Source: Escherichia coli
Lineage (GTDB): Bacteria > Pseudomonadota > Gammaproteobacteria > Enterobacterales > Enterobacteriaceae
NCBI RefSeq assembly: GCF_030013205.1
Contig: NZ_CP122648.1
Length of the DNA: 64,000 bases
Strand: one strand, 5' to 3'
Shown here: one piece after another, positions 49,511 through 60,237 of the stretch
How the letters are laid out: each line of letters starts with the position of its first letter
Position numbering within the stretch: position 1 is the first letter of the stretch
The notes under the pieces: generated by a model
The model's input: the letters and a program-made list of their open reading frames with translations, nothing else
The model's database searches: none
Told to the model about the DNA's origin: nothing
Program-made: the position numbers and the translations under genes

Positions 49511-49815
49511 CAGACAACATTCTGGAAGTTATGGACACTCTTTCGGATCGGATGATCGCCCTACAGACACGTATCAATCAAGCCTATTCAGATTTATGCG
49601 ATTACACGCTCTCTCAATGCGTTAGTAGCTTAATGAAGGTGAATGTAAGCCTTGACGATTTCATCTCTCTGGTGAGCGATTTAGAGCTATCTAAGGACGA
49701 TGTCAGGCTGTGTACTCAAACCATCACAGACACCGCCAGCACGTTAAAGGCTGCAAGTGAAGAGATTCAGCAATTAGTAGATGATTTAGCAAAAAGTGCT
49801 ATTTTCTCCAAATGA
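49507..49815 (+). CDS. hypothetical protein (102 aa)
   Basis: AAGGAG RBS; ORF track. Confidence 0.6.
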   Translation: MTDNILEVMDTLSDRMIALQTRINQAYSDLCDYTLSQCVSSLMKVNVSLDDFISLVSDLELSKDDVRLCTQTITDTASTLKAASEEIQQLVDDLAKSAIFSK

Positions 49816-50807
49816 TAATGAAAATCATTTGCATTTATAACGATTTCATTATATAATGATATTAGGGGTAGATAAAAAGGTTTTGACTGGTGTTAATCCT
49901 TCTACTGTCATAAATCCCTGCATATGGAAGGTGATAGCCTCAAGGGTTGAGTGGCATTAACCTCTAACAAATATTACCTTCCATCTCTCAAGAAGTTTTA
50001 GAATAATCATAACTCCCTCTTTGATTGTTGATTGTTTCTACGTTGTGTTGATGAATGTTGTTAGGCATTGTGCTTAATTTTGATAAAAGCGGGTAGGTGT
50101 TATCTCCTTGCCCTTCCCGCTCTTATTTTTCATCTATGCTTATCCTAAAGCTCCTTATTTTGTCCGAAAACATTAAAGAGCCTTACACTGATAGTTATAT
50201 TTTATAACTATTTACTAACATCATTAAACTCTTATTTAATGACAGAAGTTAGTAACAGAATAATCTATTAAGTTGTTGTCAAAAAACTATCATCTGCATA
50301 GCGTTAGCCGCAAGTAGAGAGAGTTTAGTTAAGAATGGTGCAATAAACTTTGGAAATATTGATAGCAAAACTAGTTTTATAGAATGCGGATCTATAATCT
50401 TTGGTTGTAAAAACGATTTTCTGAAACGGTAGATTACTGTTGGTGTAGTTAATCCTTATTAAAAATTTAATCTGTGAGTAGATTGGAATAGTGATTCCTT
50501 AAAATCTGACTGGTGCATCCACACCATGAAAGATAGCAGTTGGCCACCGCGCCCCGAATAGATATTCCTGATTGATTCCGCATGTTTTCCTAAGAGCATG
50601 TTTTCAGGAATATCTGTTCACCCTTTAAACCTATCTTTAAGCATGTTTAATAAGCATTCTTAGAGATACGTTTAAAACCTCCTCAAGGTTTTACTTATCG
50701 CTGTGTATTGCCCGACACGTTAATAAATCCCCCTCGCTATTGTCAGATTGAACCTCTTATAGCCTGGGGGATTTATTAAATTCCAGCATAATGGAATCGT
50801 TATATAA

Positions 50808-51017
50808 ATGAAACAAGAAATTATCCTGAAATATGGCAATGAAAAGTTAACACTAACTGAAGATGTGTTGAATGCTACAGCCTACGCGCTTGGCATCACT
50901 CCCACAGAATTAAAGAAACAGTGTGAACGTCTTTATAAGGCTGAAAGCAATAAACCATCTCACCAAGATTTGATTAATGCTAAAGCTCAACAAATCAAAC
51001 AATCTAAGGAAAAATAA
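50808..51017 (+). CDS. hypothetical small protein (69 aa)
   Basis: ORF track; stop overlaps the next start (TAATG). Confidence 0.5.
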   Translation: MKQEIILKYGNEKLTLTEDVLNATAYALGITPTELKKQCERLYKAESNKPSHQDLINAKAQQIKQSKEK

Positions 51018-51391
51018 TGGCTATTTTAAAATTAAGCGATGTTTTCCCACATCGTAAAAGCATCACTGACGTAGTGAGCTATGCAACCGACCCTTACGCG
51101 GCTGTAGAAAGCAAAAAATTTGCAGCACTTGCACAAGATGTAACGTGCGGCGACCTCATTGATTCATCCGGCGCTAAATATGTTAGCGGCGCTGATGTTC
51201 TTGTCGTTGTGTCTGACTTCGTAACTGCTGATTCAAATAAAACAGTTAACGTGCTTCGTGCTAATGCCGGACTCGTTTGCATCAAAGCTGATGCCCTGAA
51301 TGCCGAAGGCGCTGTAAAAGAAGCTGCTATTGCAGCTCTCGCTGCTAAAGGCTTCCAGCTTGAAGGCTTCCACTCTGTTTTCACATCTTAA
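51017..51391 (+). CDS. putative phage head decoration-like protein (124 aa)
   Basis: Position directly upstream of a major-capsid-like gene, as for lambda D/E; the assignment rests on context only. Confidence 0.45.
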   Translation: MAILKLSDVFPHRKSITDVVSYATDPYAAVESKKFAALAQDVTCGDLIDSSGAKYVSGADVLVVVSDFVTADSNKTVNVLRANAGLVCIKADALNAEGAVKEAAIAALAAKGFQLEGFHSVFTS

Positions 51392-51407
51392 GAAGGAATA
51401 AATAATA

Positions 51408-52436
51408 ATGATTATCGGAAATGAAGTGGTTGATCTTGCTCCACTGTTCGAATTAAACGACTCACGCAATTACCTACTGTCTACTCTGGATTTTACTGAT
51501 CCTGTGCCTGTAGAAAGTCACAAAGTGGCTGTTTCCCAGCTTATCGAGAGCAATGAATCTCTGTTCAACCATCCTACAAGCCGTTTTAGCTCTGAGCATA
51601 ACGTTACTAAGCGTGAGAACGGGGAAGAATGGCTGATTGAAATCCCTTACTTCCTGCGTGAAGACCTGATCAAACCGCAGGACGTGCAAGGCAAACGCAA
51701 AGCCGGAAGCTCTATTGAAGAAACACTGCCGGATCTGTATGCGGAATATATCGCTACACACAATGTTGCATTCCAGCGCACTAAAGAAAGCATCCTCGCG
51801 GCTTCTCTGTTCTCTGGCAAGACACATACCCCGAAAACTGACGATGTTCTGATCGACTACAGCACTCTGTTCGGTGTGTCTCCAATGACTGCAACCGTTG
51901 ACGCATCCAGCACCAACACAATGACCGTATTCAAGCAATTTGATCAGATGCATACGGATATGATTGCTAAGGCACAAAGCCAGGCTGCAACCATTGAGCG
52001 TGTTGTTGTGTTCTGTAAACCTGCGGCATTCAACGCTATTCGTTACAGCGTTGGCATGGTTAATGCGTTCCAGTATGCAAGCCCTGTAGACGATGCAAAC
52101 GTGGTGTTTAATGTGCGTTCTCTGCTGCCTGGTGTAACTACTTTCACCATTCCAGGAACTAACATTGACCTGATCAAAGTGACTGATCCGCTGCTGCTGG
52201 CACATATGACCGCTGACGCTGTAGCTATTCCTAAACTTGCTAAGGGGGCAGGTGTTTACCAAGCTATTTTTGGTGCGCCTTCCAGTTCATTCGATCTGCT
52301 GTCTCAAGGCGCTAAAGAGTATTACAGCTATGCTTTCGAATCGAATCGCGGCGACGCAGTGCACGTAGTGACCGAGAATAGCTCGCTTGTGGTTAACCAC
52401 GGTGTTGGCTTCTCTGTGCAGATCACAGTAGCGTAA
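51408..52436 (+). CDS. putative phage major capsid protein, lambda E-like
   Basis: 342 aa (lambda gpE is 341 aa); C-terminus ...GVGFSVQITVA resembles the gpE C-terminus ...DEFVSVQLA; N-terminal DLAPLFEL region. Confidence 0.5.
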   Translation: MIIGNEVVDLAPLFELNDSRNYLLSTLDFTDPVPVESHKVAVSQLIESNESLFNHPTSRFSSEHNVTKRENGEEWLIEIPYFLREDLIKPQDVQGKRKAGSSIEETLPDLYAEYIATHNVAFQRTKESILAASLFSGKTHTPKTDDVLIDYSTLFGVSPMTATVDASSTNTMTVFKQFDQMHTDMIAKAQSQAATIERVVVFCKPAAFNAIRYSVGMVNAFQYASPVDDANVVFNVRSLLPGVTTFTIPGTNIDLIKVTDPLLLAHMTADAVAIPKLAKGAGVYQAIFGAPSSSFDLLSQGAKEYYSYAFESNRGDAVHVVTENSSLVVNHGVGFSVQITVA

Positions 52437-52590
52437 AAAGTGTTAAAGACGTTCCCCTACGTCTGGAAATAATCGGGGCAATAAGGGTAAGGGATAATCA
52501 TATAAGCAAAATATGCGCTGTCTCTTGCACTTTTTGTTTTTCTACTGTCTACAAACCCAAATAAAAATATATATATGTGAGAGAAAACCA

Positions 52591-52788
52591 ATGAATACAG
52601 AAAATTCACAGGCATTAATTCTTAAATCTGTAAAAGAACTGGCAGCTATTAGCGATGACTCAATAATCAATGTCAGTGCCTTATGCAGAATGCTTTCAAT
52701 TGATGCAAATAATGTGCGGCAGCGTGTGTTTCAGACTGGATGCAGCACTTTTGAAGCAATTACATACTACTGTTCTAAAAAACAATAA
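52591..52788 (+). CDS. hypothetical small protein (65 aa)
   Basis: ATG at 52591 within the ORF-track frame 52513..52788. Confidence 0.45.
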   Translation: MNTENSQALILKSVKELAAISDDSIINVSALCRMLSIDANNVRQRVFQTGCSTFEAITYYCSKKQ

Positions 52789-52822
52789 TAAACAACAATC
52801 ATAATACAGGGAAACAATTAAC

Positions 52823-54646
52823 ATGTTAGAGCTAAACATCAGCCGCTTGTCAAACGTTGTCACCTTCGAAGTTAACCGACCATCATTAGAGAAAGCAAAA
52901 GCAGAAGTAGAAAAACTTCGTAAACAAATGGCGGCGGTGAAAGATATAGAATTGCGTGTTAAGACACATAAACAATCAACCGCTAGAGCAAAAAAAGACG
53001 TAGACGATATTGCTAAAAAGCAAGCACAGGCTGATAAAGCTAATGCTAAAGCACAATTAGCCGCTCAACGTGTAGTTGCAAGAGAACAAAAAGCCCTGGC
53101 AGCACGCAAAGAGAAGGCAGAATTAAAGCTTTTAGACGTTGGATCAAGCATTAGTGCAATGCACCGTCTTTCTGTAGCGGAACAATATAAAGCTATTGCA
53201 CAGGCTAGAGAAATTGCCCTCCAATATGAAAGAGGCGCTATTAGTCTGGCACGTATGAATAGCCAAATGAAACGCCTACAACAGCAACAACGTAAGATTA
53301 ATGGCAATCGTAACGCTCACGCTAAAGCCTATGCACCTGTTAAGGGTAGCGGGAGTATTGGCGGCGGTGCTGCGGCTGTTATGCTGGGTGGCTTAGGCGC
53401 TGGCGCTACGTATATGGCTATGAGCAAAGCCTCTGAATTTATGGCTAATAGCTTTGCGAATGCTGAAACAGAAGGGGAATTAATCCAACGTGCAAGGCTT
53501 GGTGGAGTTGATTACAACTTACTTAATAATCTTGAGCGTTGGGCTTACGATAACGGGATCGATAGCCTCCAGGGTGATCAGGGACGCAGAAAAATACTAG
53601 ATGCCATCGGTAAAGATGTGCGTGAACGTGCAACCAAATCTTATGACGAGGCTGAATATGTAGTCGATAAGAAAACAGGGAAAGGCGAATGGAAGGGCGG
53701 CGATAGCGGCATCAATACTTTAATGAATGAAGGATTCCTAACTAAAAAGGATCTAAAAGACTTTGCTGATAATCCGGCTGGTCTGGTTAGTAAAGCAGTT
53801 CAGGGAATGGTAGCTAAAGGCTATTCAGATGCACAAATCGGTAGTCGTCTGGAAGATCTGGCTGATGATTTGATGCTCACCTCTAAATACTGGACACGCT
53901 CCGCTAAAGAAGTGGAACAATCAGCACGAGAACAACGAGAATCAGGGCGCTGGGTAACGCAGGCACAACAGGAAAGCGTTATTAAATTCCGTGAACTGAA
54001 TAATGCACTTAGTGGGCTTTCTGACTCACAAGGGATCGCCTTTGTTGATGGCTTTATGAAATCTCTTGATCCGAAAGTGATTGAAGAGTTTAAAAAGAGC
54101 ATGGTTGCAATGCTGCCAATGTTTACCAAATTAGGCGAGGCTATCGGCGGATTGGTTAACGCTGTAATGAAAGCAATCAACTGGCTGATGAAAAACGACG
54201 AGAAGACGGCAGCTATTCAGAAGAATTTAGGTGATGCACCGCCACTATCTAACGAAGGAATGAAGCAGAATCTTTCTAATCTCACTCCTGATCAATATAA
54301 AGGCGCTGGCACCGGAACAACTAAGCCAGATAACAGCAATTCCCTGGTTAACACTATTAAAAGCTGGTTTATGCCAGAAGAAACGGTAGGTGGGGCGCAG
54401 GCTGTAAATCAATACAGTCTCGAAGGACAAAACATTGCAAATCTGAAACAGAGTGCAGCACAACAAGCTTTCAAGGCTCCTTCTTACACCTTTGCACCTG
54501 TTATTAACTTCAATCCAGAATTACAAGTAAATGCAGAAGTGCCGCTAACTATCGAATCAGACACCGGACGATTGAGCGAATTTATCGACTTCAAATCAAA
54601 GGCATCTTCCGCTGAGTTTAGCAAGCTATTTAGACTGGCCCCCTGA
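52823..54646 (+). CDS. tape-measure-like protein (coiled-coil plus glycine-rich hydrophobic segment); 3' end truncated by IS2
   Basis: 607-aa ORF; N-terminal coiled coil; [25 protein letters not shown]; the last 5 codons and the stop come from the IS2 left end. Confidence 0.6.
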   Translation: MLELNISRLSNVVTFEVNRPSLEKAKAEVEKLRKQMAAVKDIELRVKTHKQSTARAKKDVDDIAKKQAQADKANAKAQLAAQRVVAREQKALAARKEKAELKLLDVGSSISAMHRLSVAEQYKAIAQAREIALQYERGAISLARMNSQMKRLQQQQRKINGNRNAHAKAYAPVKGSGSIGGGAAAVMLGGLGAGATYMAMSKASEFMANSFANAETEGELIQRARLGGVDYNLLNNLERWAYDNGIDSLQGDQGRRKILDAIGKDVRERATKSYDEAEYVVDKKTGKGEWKGGDSGINTLMNEGFLTKKDLKDFADNPAGLVSKAVQGMVAKGYSDAQIGSRLEDLADDLMLTSKYWTRSAKEVEQSAREQRESGRWVTQAQQESVIKFRELNNALSGLSDSQGIAFVDGFMKSLDPKVIEEFKKSMVAMLPMFTKLGEAIGGLVNAVMKAINWLMKNDEKTAAIQKNLGDAPPLSNEGMKQNLSNLTPDQYKGAGTGTTKPDNSNSLVNTIKSWFMPEETVGGAQAVNQYSLEGQNIANLKQSAAQQAFKAPSYTFAPVINFNPELQVNAEVPLTIESDTGRLSEFIDFKSKASSAEFSKLFRLAP

Positions 54647-54721
54647 ATCTCCAGACAACCAATATCACTTAAATAAGTGATAGTCTTAATACTAGTTTTT
54701 AGACTAGTCATTGGAGAGCAG

Positions 54722-55087
54722 ATGATTGATGTCTTAGGACCGGAGAAACGCAGACGGCGTACTACACAGGAAAAGATCGCTATTGTTCAGCAGAGTTTTG
54801 AACCGGGAATGACGGTCTCCCTTGTTGCCCGGCAACACGGTGTGGCAGCCAGCCAGTTATTTCTCTGGCGCAAGCAATACCAGGAGGGAAGTCTTACTGC
54901 TGTGGCCGCAGGAGAGCAGGTCGTTCCTGCCTCTGAACTTGCTGCTGCCATGAAGCAGATTAAAGAACTCCAGCGCCTGCTCGGCAAAAAAACGATGGAA
55001 AATGAACTCCTTAAAGAAGCCGTTGAATACGGGCGTGCAAAAAAGTGGATAGCGCACGCGCCCTTATTGCCCGGGGATGGGGAGTAA
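54722..55087 (+). CDS. insC: IS2 transposase OrfA (InsC)
   Basis: [41 protein letters not shown]... matches IS2 InsC. Confidence 0.9.
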
Positions 55088-55950
55088 GCTTAGTCAGCCG
55101 TTGTCTCCGGGTGTCGCGTGCGCAGTTGCACGTCATTCTCAGACGAACCGATGACTGGAAAGATGGTCGCCGCAGCCGTCACTCAGATGATACGGATGTG
55201 CTTCTCCGTATACACCATGTTATCGGAGAGCTGCCCACGTATGGTTATCGTCGGGTATGGGCGCTGCTTCGCAGACAGGCCGAACTTGATGGTATGCCTG
55301 CGATCAATGCCAAACGTGTTTACCGGATCATGCGCCAGAATGCGCTGTTGCTTGAGCGAAAAACCGCTGTACCGCCATCGAAACGGGCACATACTGGCAA
55401 AGTGGCCGTGAAAGAAAGCAATCAACGATGGTGCTCTGACGGGTTCGAGTTCCGCTGTGATAACGGAGAAAAACTGCGAGTCACGTTCGCGCTGGACTGC
55501 TGTGACCGTGAGGCACTGCACTGGGCAGTCACTACGGGCGGCTTCGACAGTGAAACAGTACAGGACGTAATGCTGGGAGCGGTGGAACGCCGCTTCGGCA
55601 ACGAGCTTCCGGCGTCTCCAGTAGAGTGGCTGACGGATAATGGTTCATGCTACCGGGCTAATGAAACACGGCAGTTTGCCCGGATGTTGGGGCTTGAACC
55701 GAAGAACACGGCGGTGCGGAGTCCGGAGAGTAACGGCATAGCAGAGAGCTTCGTGAAAACGATAAAGCGTGACTACATCAGTATCATGCCTAAACCAGAC
55801 GGGTTAACGGCAGCAAAGAACCTTGCAGAGGCGTTCGAGCATTATAACGAATGGCATCCGCATAGTGCACTGGGTTATCGCTCGCCACGGGAATATCTGC
55901 GGCAGCAGGCCAGTAATGGGTTAAGTGATAACAGGTGTCTGGAAATATAG
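55045..55950 (+). CDS. insD: IS2 transposase OrfB (InsD), DDE catalytic domain
   Basis: 301-aa ORF overlapping orfA in the -1 frame; IS3-family integrase core. Confidence 0.9.
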
Positions 55951-56050
55951 GGGCAAATCCACTATTAACGCTGGGTGTTATGTCAGGCGGGTCAACCTAT
56001 TAATCATCACTGTGGGGCGGTTTAGCCCCCTTAAATAAGGATTACAAATT

Positions 56051-56728
56051 ATGGCAATGGGTCCGTTAACCATTGGTCGCCCGACTGAGGCGAAAATCAA
56101 CAGCACAAGCAACGATAGCAACGGTAGAACAACCAAAGGGGGTAACGGCTTTGCGATCATTACCTCTAATCTCGGCAGTGGTGCAAATGCTGCTTACAAT
56201 GACTACCAGGCATTATCATTTGATAGCGTGGAATCGACGAAAGTTAGCAGAAATGCGGACGTTACAAGCTATGCCGTCGAATCAGGATCAGAAGTTAGTG
56301 ATCATGTTCAAATACGGAATAACAAGTTCACATTACAAGGGCGTATCTCTGAAACCGTATTGAAGCTCAATCCCGATATGATTAAGAATGCGGGAATTAA
56401 CGGCAATCGACGTATGCTTATGCTTGAATACCTAAATCAGTTGATGGACAGTCGCCAACCTTTCCTACTTGTCACTGAGTTAAAAAATTATGACAACGTT
56501 GTGTTAGTTGGCATGTCTTACGAAGAAGAAGCAAGCGAAAGCCTATTGTTTACTCTTGATTTTGAGCAAATCCGTCTTGTCTCTAAAGCAACTACAAGCG
56601 CAATTGCGGTAAAAACAGCACCAAATAAATCTGTAGGAGGTCAGGTTAAAATGCAGGTAAATACAACAGAACAGAAAAATCAAAAAAGCCCAGGGCAAGA
56701 CGTTGTAACGCCAGTATTTAAACAATAG
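56051..56728 (+). CDS. hypothetical protein (225 aa)
   Basis: AAGGA RBS; ORF track; immediately downstream of the IS2 insertion. Confidence 0.6.
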   Translation: MAMGPLTIGRPTEAKINSTSNDSNGRTTKGGNGFAIITSNLGSGANAAYNDYQALSFDSVESTKVSRNADVTSYAVESGSEVSDHVQIRNNKFTLQGRISETVLKLNPDMIKNAGINGNRRMLMLEYLNQLMDSRQPFLLVTELKNYDNVVLVGMSYEEEASESLLFTLDFEQIRLVSKATTSAIAVKTAPNKSVGGQVKMQVNTTEQKNQKSPGQDVVTPVFKQ

Positions 56729-56821
56729 CCTTAAACACCTATGAAACGCTCTATAACGAGATAATCATAAAAGAGGCATCAATCTATATTGAAGCCTCTT
56801 TATTACGTCTATGGCGTTGTT

Positions 56822-58042
56822 TTACGCCTTAAAATCAATATTTAATTCATATCTTACTAATTCTACATATTCAGCTAATTCTGGAATGCTTGCCCCTTGT
56901 GAGTAGGTGCGAAAGGCTTCTGTTTTGGCTTTTTGCTCAGTGTGGCCCGTAATACTGCCGATCCTGGTCTCGCTAACTCCGGCACGATCAAGACAAGTGA
57001 TAAACATCCCGCGCAAGCTGTGAAAGCATTGTCTATCTGTAGCGATTGGCAAGACGCTACGACGTAAACGTGAGAATGCTTGAGAATAGAACGGGCCTTT
57101 CTTGCCGTCGATTCTTTTTACTTTGTTCGAGTGAGGGAACAAATATTCACCATAATTATGATTTAAATATTCATCGACAATAATCGATAGTCTCGAATGT
57201 ATCGGAACGTGTCTGATCCCTGCTTTAGTCTTACTCTTGCTGATATAAAAACAGCGTATTCCTTCCACAGTTACAACCTCTGACTTTTTCAGGCTTGCCA
57301 GTTCGTCTAATCTGCATCCTGAAAACAAGCCCATTAAAATAATATTTCTGATCTCCGGCTCCGCTGCATCAAGTAGCTTTTGCATTTGTTCAGGTGTAAA
57401 CGGTTGATAACTCTCGATTGTGCGACGTGCTTCGAGGTTATGACCGTGAAAAGGGTTACTGTCTGGTATTCCGTCATAACGGCGTTTAGCAAATTCATAG
57501 AGCGATCCTAAGCATGTAAGCCAGTTTTGACGAGATTGATCGGCTGCTCCTCGTTGCTTCTGGTCATCTAAGAATACTGTTACAAGCCGTCTGCCTATTT
57601 TCTCAATATGAATATCATCTTTCTGAATGCTTTGTAAAAATAGCTCAACGGCCCTTGCTGATTTCTGTAGTGTTGAGTATGAACGACGCTCTCTGTAGCA
57701 TTCGGCGTATTCGTCACGTATTAAGCATAGGGAAGGCGATGCATAACCGCGTTTTACGGCTCTTTGCGTGTTTTTATTGGCCCTTGCCTCTGAATGTAAG
57801 AATTCAATAGCTTTTTGTAACCTCCTTTCGGGGTTATCAGGATTATGTTTCCGCTTTAGTTCCTCCCATTCTAATAACAGATGGTTTCTGAATCTTCTCG
57901 CCTCATTCAGATCTCGTGTAGATGTGCTTTTTCTCCACAACTTGTAAGGGTAAAGATGGCGTAAGTATTTAGGAACAAAAATCTGAAACATCCAGATCCC
58001 ATCTTTTCTCTTAAATAAGTATGCTTGGCTCTTGATCGACAC
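56822..58042 (-). CDS. tyrosine recombinase / phage integrase
   Basis: 406-aa ORF adjacent to att copy 3; C-terminal HSLRG and tyrosine-containing region; different family from the island 1 integrase. Confidence 0.75.
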   Translation of the reverse strand: MSIKSQAYLFKRKDGIWMFQIFVPKYLRHLYPYKLWRKSTSTRDLNEARRFRNHLLLEWEELKRKHNPDNPERRLQKAIEFLHSEARANKNTQRAVKRGYASPSLCLIRDEYAECYRERRSYSTLQKSARAVELFLQSIQKDDIHIEKIGRRLVTVFLDDQKQRGAADQSRQNWLTCLGSLYEFAKRRYDGIPDSNPFHGHNLEARRTIESYQPFTPEQMQKLLDAAEPEIRNIILMGLFSGCRLDELASLKKSEVVTVEGIRCFYISKSKTKAGIRHVPIHSRLSIIVDEYLNHNYGEYLFPHSNKVKRIDGKKGPFYSQAFSRLRRSVLPIATDRQCFHSLRGMFITCLDRAGVSETRIGSITGHTEQKAKTEAFRTYSQGASIPELAEYVELVRYELNIDFKA

Positions 58043-58127
58043 GATAATGATCCTCTATTATCACGTAATCAGTTACCTATGATTGATCACAAAATCTTTA
58101 TTTTACAGCAGGTTATTATGGGTTTCC

Positions 58128-58150
58128 TCGATTCCCTTCGCCCGCTCCAA
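58128..58150 (+). repeat. att direct repeat (23-bp copy of the glyU 3' end) at the distal island boundary
   Basis: TCGATTCCCTTCGCCCGCTCCAA is identical to 29144-29166. Confidence 0.85.
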
Positions 58151-58381
58151 TTTATCTTCACCTCATCAACCTGCCATTTTTGTTGTATCTGATTTTCTAT
58201 ATTATCTTAATTCAATCGCTTCAGACTTTTCGCAATCGCCGTAATACTTCCCCATTTTTTTGTAAATAAAAGCGTTTACGCAATGCAATCCATTTGTAAC
58301 AACCCAGGTAAAATACCTTATTTTCAAGTTGTTAAATAAGTGGTTATCTACGCTTTTAACAAACGATTGATGGAATCTTTT

Positions 58382-59992
58382 ATGAAAGGGAAATCTACAT
58401 TAACTCTTCTGCTCGCTGGTATATTTTCATGCGGCACATGCCAGGCGACAGGGGCAGAAGTGACGAGTGAATCTGTATTTAACATTCTTAATTCCACGGG
58501 GGCAGCAACTGATAAAAGTTATTTATCGTTAAATCCAGATAAGTATCCTAATTATCGTCTTCTGATTCACTCAGCCAAATTAAAAAATGAAATAAAGAGC
58601 CACTATACCAAAGACGAAATTCAAGGATTGTTAACATTAACAGAAAATACACGAAAGTTAACGTTGACGGAGAAACCCTGGGGAACATTTATTCTTGCTT
58701 CTACTTTCGAAGATGACAAAACAGCGGCAGAAACCCACTATGATGCTGTCTGGCTGAGGGATAGTTTATGGGGCTATATGGCATTAGTATCAGATCAAGG
58801 AAATAGTGTAGCCGCAAAAAAGGTTCTGCTCACTCTGTGGGATTATATGTCTACGCCCGACCAGATTAAGCGGATGCAGGACGTCATTAGCAACCCAAAA
58901 CGACTGGATGGTATTCCTGGGCAAATGAATGCTGTGCATATCCGATTTGACAGCAACTCCCCCGTGATGGCAGATGTGCAGGAAGAAGGCAAGCCGCAGC
59001 TGTGGAACCATAAACAAAATGATGCGTTAGGTCTTTATCTTGATCTCCTTATACAAGCAATCGACACTGGTACTATTAACGCTGAAGATTGGCAAAAAGG
59101 TGACCGATTAAAATCGGTTGCGCTGCTGATTGCTTATCTGGATAAAGCCAATTTCTATGTTATGGAAGATTCCGGAGCGTGGGAAGAAGATGCCAGATTA
59201 AACACATCTTCCGTTGCACTGGTGACCTCTGGACTGGAACGTTTGTCGAACTTACTCTCGAAGAAAGACTCTGTTTTTATCTCTGATTTACTGCGCGAAG
59301 CTAAAGCCAATGAACTGGATGAACCTCTTTCAACAACGAGGTTGAACCACCTCATAGATAAAGGTTATGAAAGAATAACGCTACAACTTGATTTAGGGGG
59401 AGAATCCCCAGGTTATCTGGAAAAAGATAAACATTACAGAGAAGCCGATGCGGCTTTACTTAATGTTATTTATCCTGCAAATCTTTCAAAGATAAATACC
59501 AGAAGAAAAGAGCAAGTTCTAAAAATAGTTAAAAAACTAGCAGGTCCGTATGGTATAAAAAGATACGAGAAGGATAATTATCAGTCGGCAAATTTTTGGT
59601 TCAATGATATTAAAACTGATACCGATCAAAATTCACATGCGAAAAGAGAAAAGTGCTTCATTCCATCAACAGAAGCAGAATGGTTTTTTGACTCATGGTA
59701 TGCAAAATCAGCAGCAATTGTTTATAAAGAATCAAGAAAAGAAGAGTATTTGAATGACTCAGTGCAATTTATGAATAGATCATTGGCCCAAATAACAGGC
59801 GAGAATATGATTGGTGCAAATGGCAGGAGCGTACCTGAAATGGCACTTCCCGAAAGCTATAACTATATCCACAAGTCGGGAACTTTGCATGAAGCGCCAA
59901 GCCCTATCATTCCGCTAAATTGGTCGAAAGCTTCAATGACTCTCATGTTGAAAGAGATGTCCAACCTTATCAATGATGAGGGAAATAAATAG
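58382..59992 (+). CDS. glycoside hydrolase family 15-like lipoprotein (ygeQ-like, apparently full length)
   Basis: Signal peptide MKGKSTLTLLLAGIFSCGTCQA; GH15-type SGAWEE catalytic motif; alternative upstream starts at 58340 and 58370. Confidence 0.7.
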   Translation: MKGKSTLTLLLAGIFSCGTCQATGAEVTSESVFNILNSTGAATDKSYLSLNPDKYPNYRLLIHSAKLKNEIKSHYTKDEIQGLLTLTENTRKLTLTEKPWGTFILASTFEDDKTAAETHYDAVWLRDSLWGYMALVSDQGNSVAAKKVLLTLWDYMSTPDQIKRMQDVISNPKRLDGIPGQMNAVHIRFDSNSPVMADVQEEGKPQLWNHKQNDALGLYLDLLIQAIDTGTINAEDWQKGDRLKSVALLIAYLDKANFYVMEDSGAWEEDARLNTSSVALVTSGLERLSNLLSKKDSVFISDLLREAKANELDEPLSTTRLNHLIDKGYERITLQLDLGGESPGYLEKDKHYREADAALLNVIYPANLSKINTRRKEQVLKIVKKLAGPYGIKRYEKDNYQSANFWFNDIKTDTDQNSHAKREKCFIPSTEAEWFFDSWYAKSAAIVYKESRKEEYLNDSVQFMNRSLAQITGENMIGANGRSVPEMALPESYNYIHKSGTLHEAPSPIIPLNWSKASMTLMLKEMSNLINDEGNK

Positions 59993-60000
59993 TTTTCATA

Positions 60001-60237
60001 ATGAGGCGGTCCTGGATTAAAAGGACCGCTCAAAGAGAAATCGTAAGGGAGGTAAAAGTGATCAATAAATTACTGTTAGCTTACCTGATAGGTCTGGTTG
60101 TGACATCGACCTTAATATTTATCTTCTCGGAAGAAAAAGTAACATATCGGTTGTTTGCTGCAGTAATTACAGGGTTGACCTGGCCGCTTAGCCTCATTCC
60201 ATCCATCATAAGTCTCATGATTCGTAAATCCGACTAA
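60001..60237 (+). CDS. small membrane protein (78 aa)
   Basis: ORF track; two predicted hydrophobic helices. Confidence 0.45.
   Translation: MRRSWIKRTAQREIVREVKVINKLLLAYLIGLVVTSTLIFIFSEEKVTYRLFAAVITGLTWPLSLIPSIISLMIRKSD

Larger units (their letters stand above)
54631..55961 (+). mobile_element. IS2 (IS3 family), 1331 bp, with 5-bp target-site duplication CTATT
   Basis: Left end TAGACTGGCCCCCTGAATCTCCAGACAACC, right end ...GGGGCAAATCCA; CTATT at 54626-54630 and 55962-55966. Confidence 0.9.
43404..58150. mobile_element. integrative island 2 (mosaic prophage/plasmid-like remnant)
   Basis: Bounded by att copies at 43386-43403 and 58128-58150; integrase at the right end; CAGTTACCTAT arm-like repeats at 43457 and 58070; contains IS2. 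Confidence 0.75.

Noticed and set aside
52823-54646. The 607-aa protein as a chemotaxis or secreted effector protein
   Set aside because: Its coiled-coil N-terminus, glycine-rich hydrophobic centre and position after capsid-like genes fit a tape-measure-like protein better; no signal peptide or effector motif seen.
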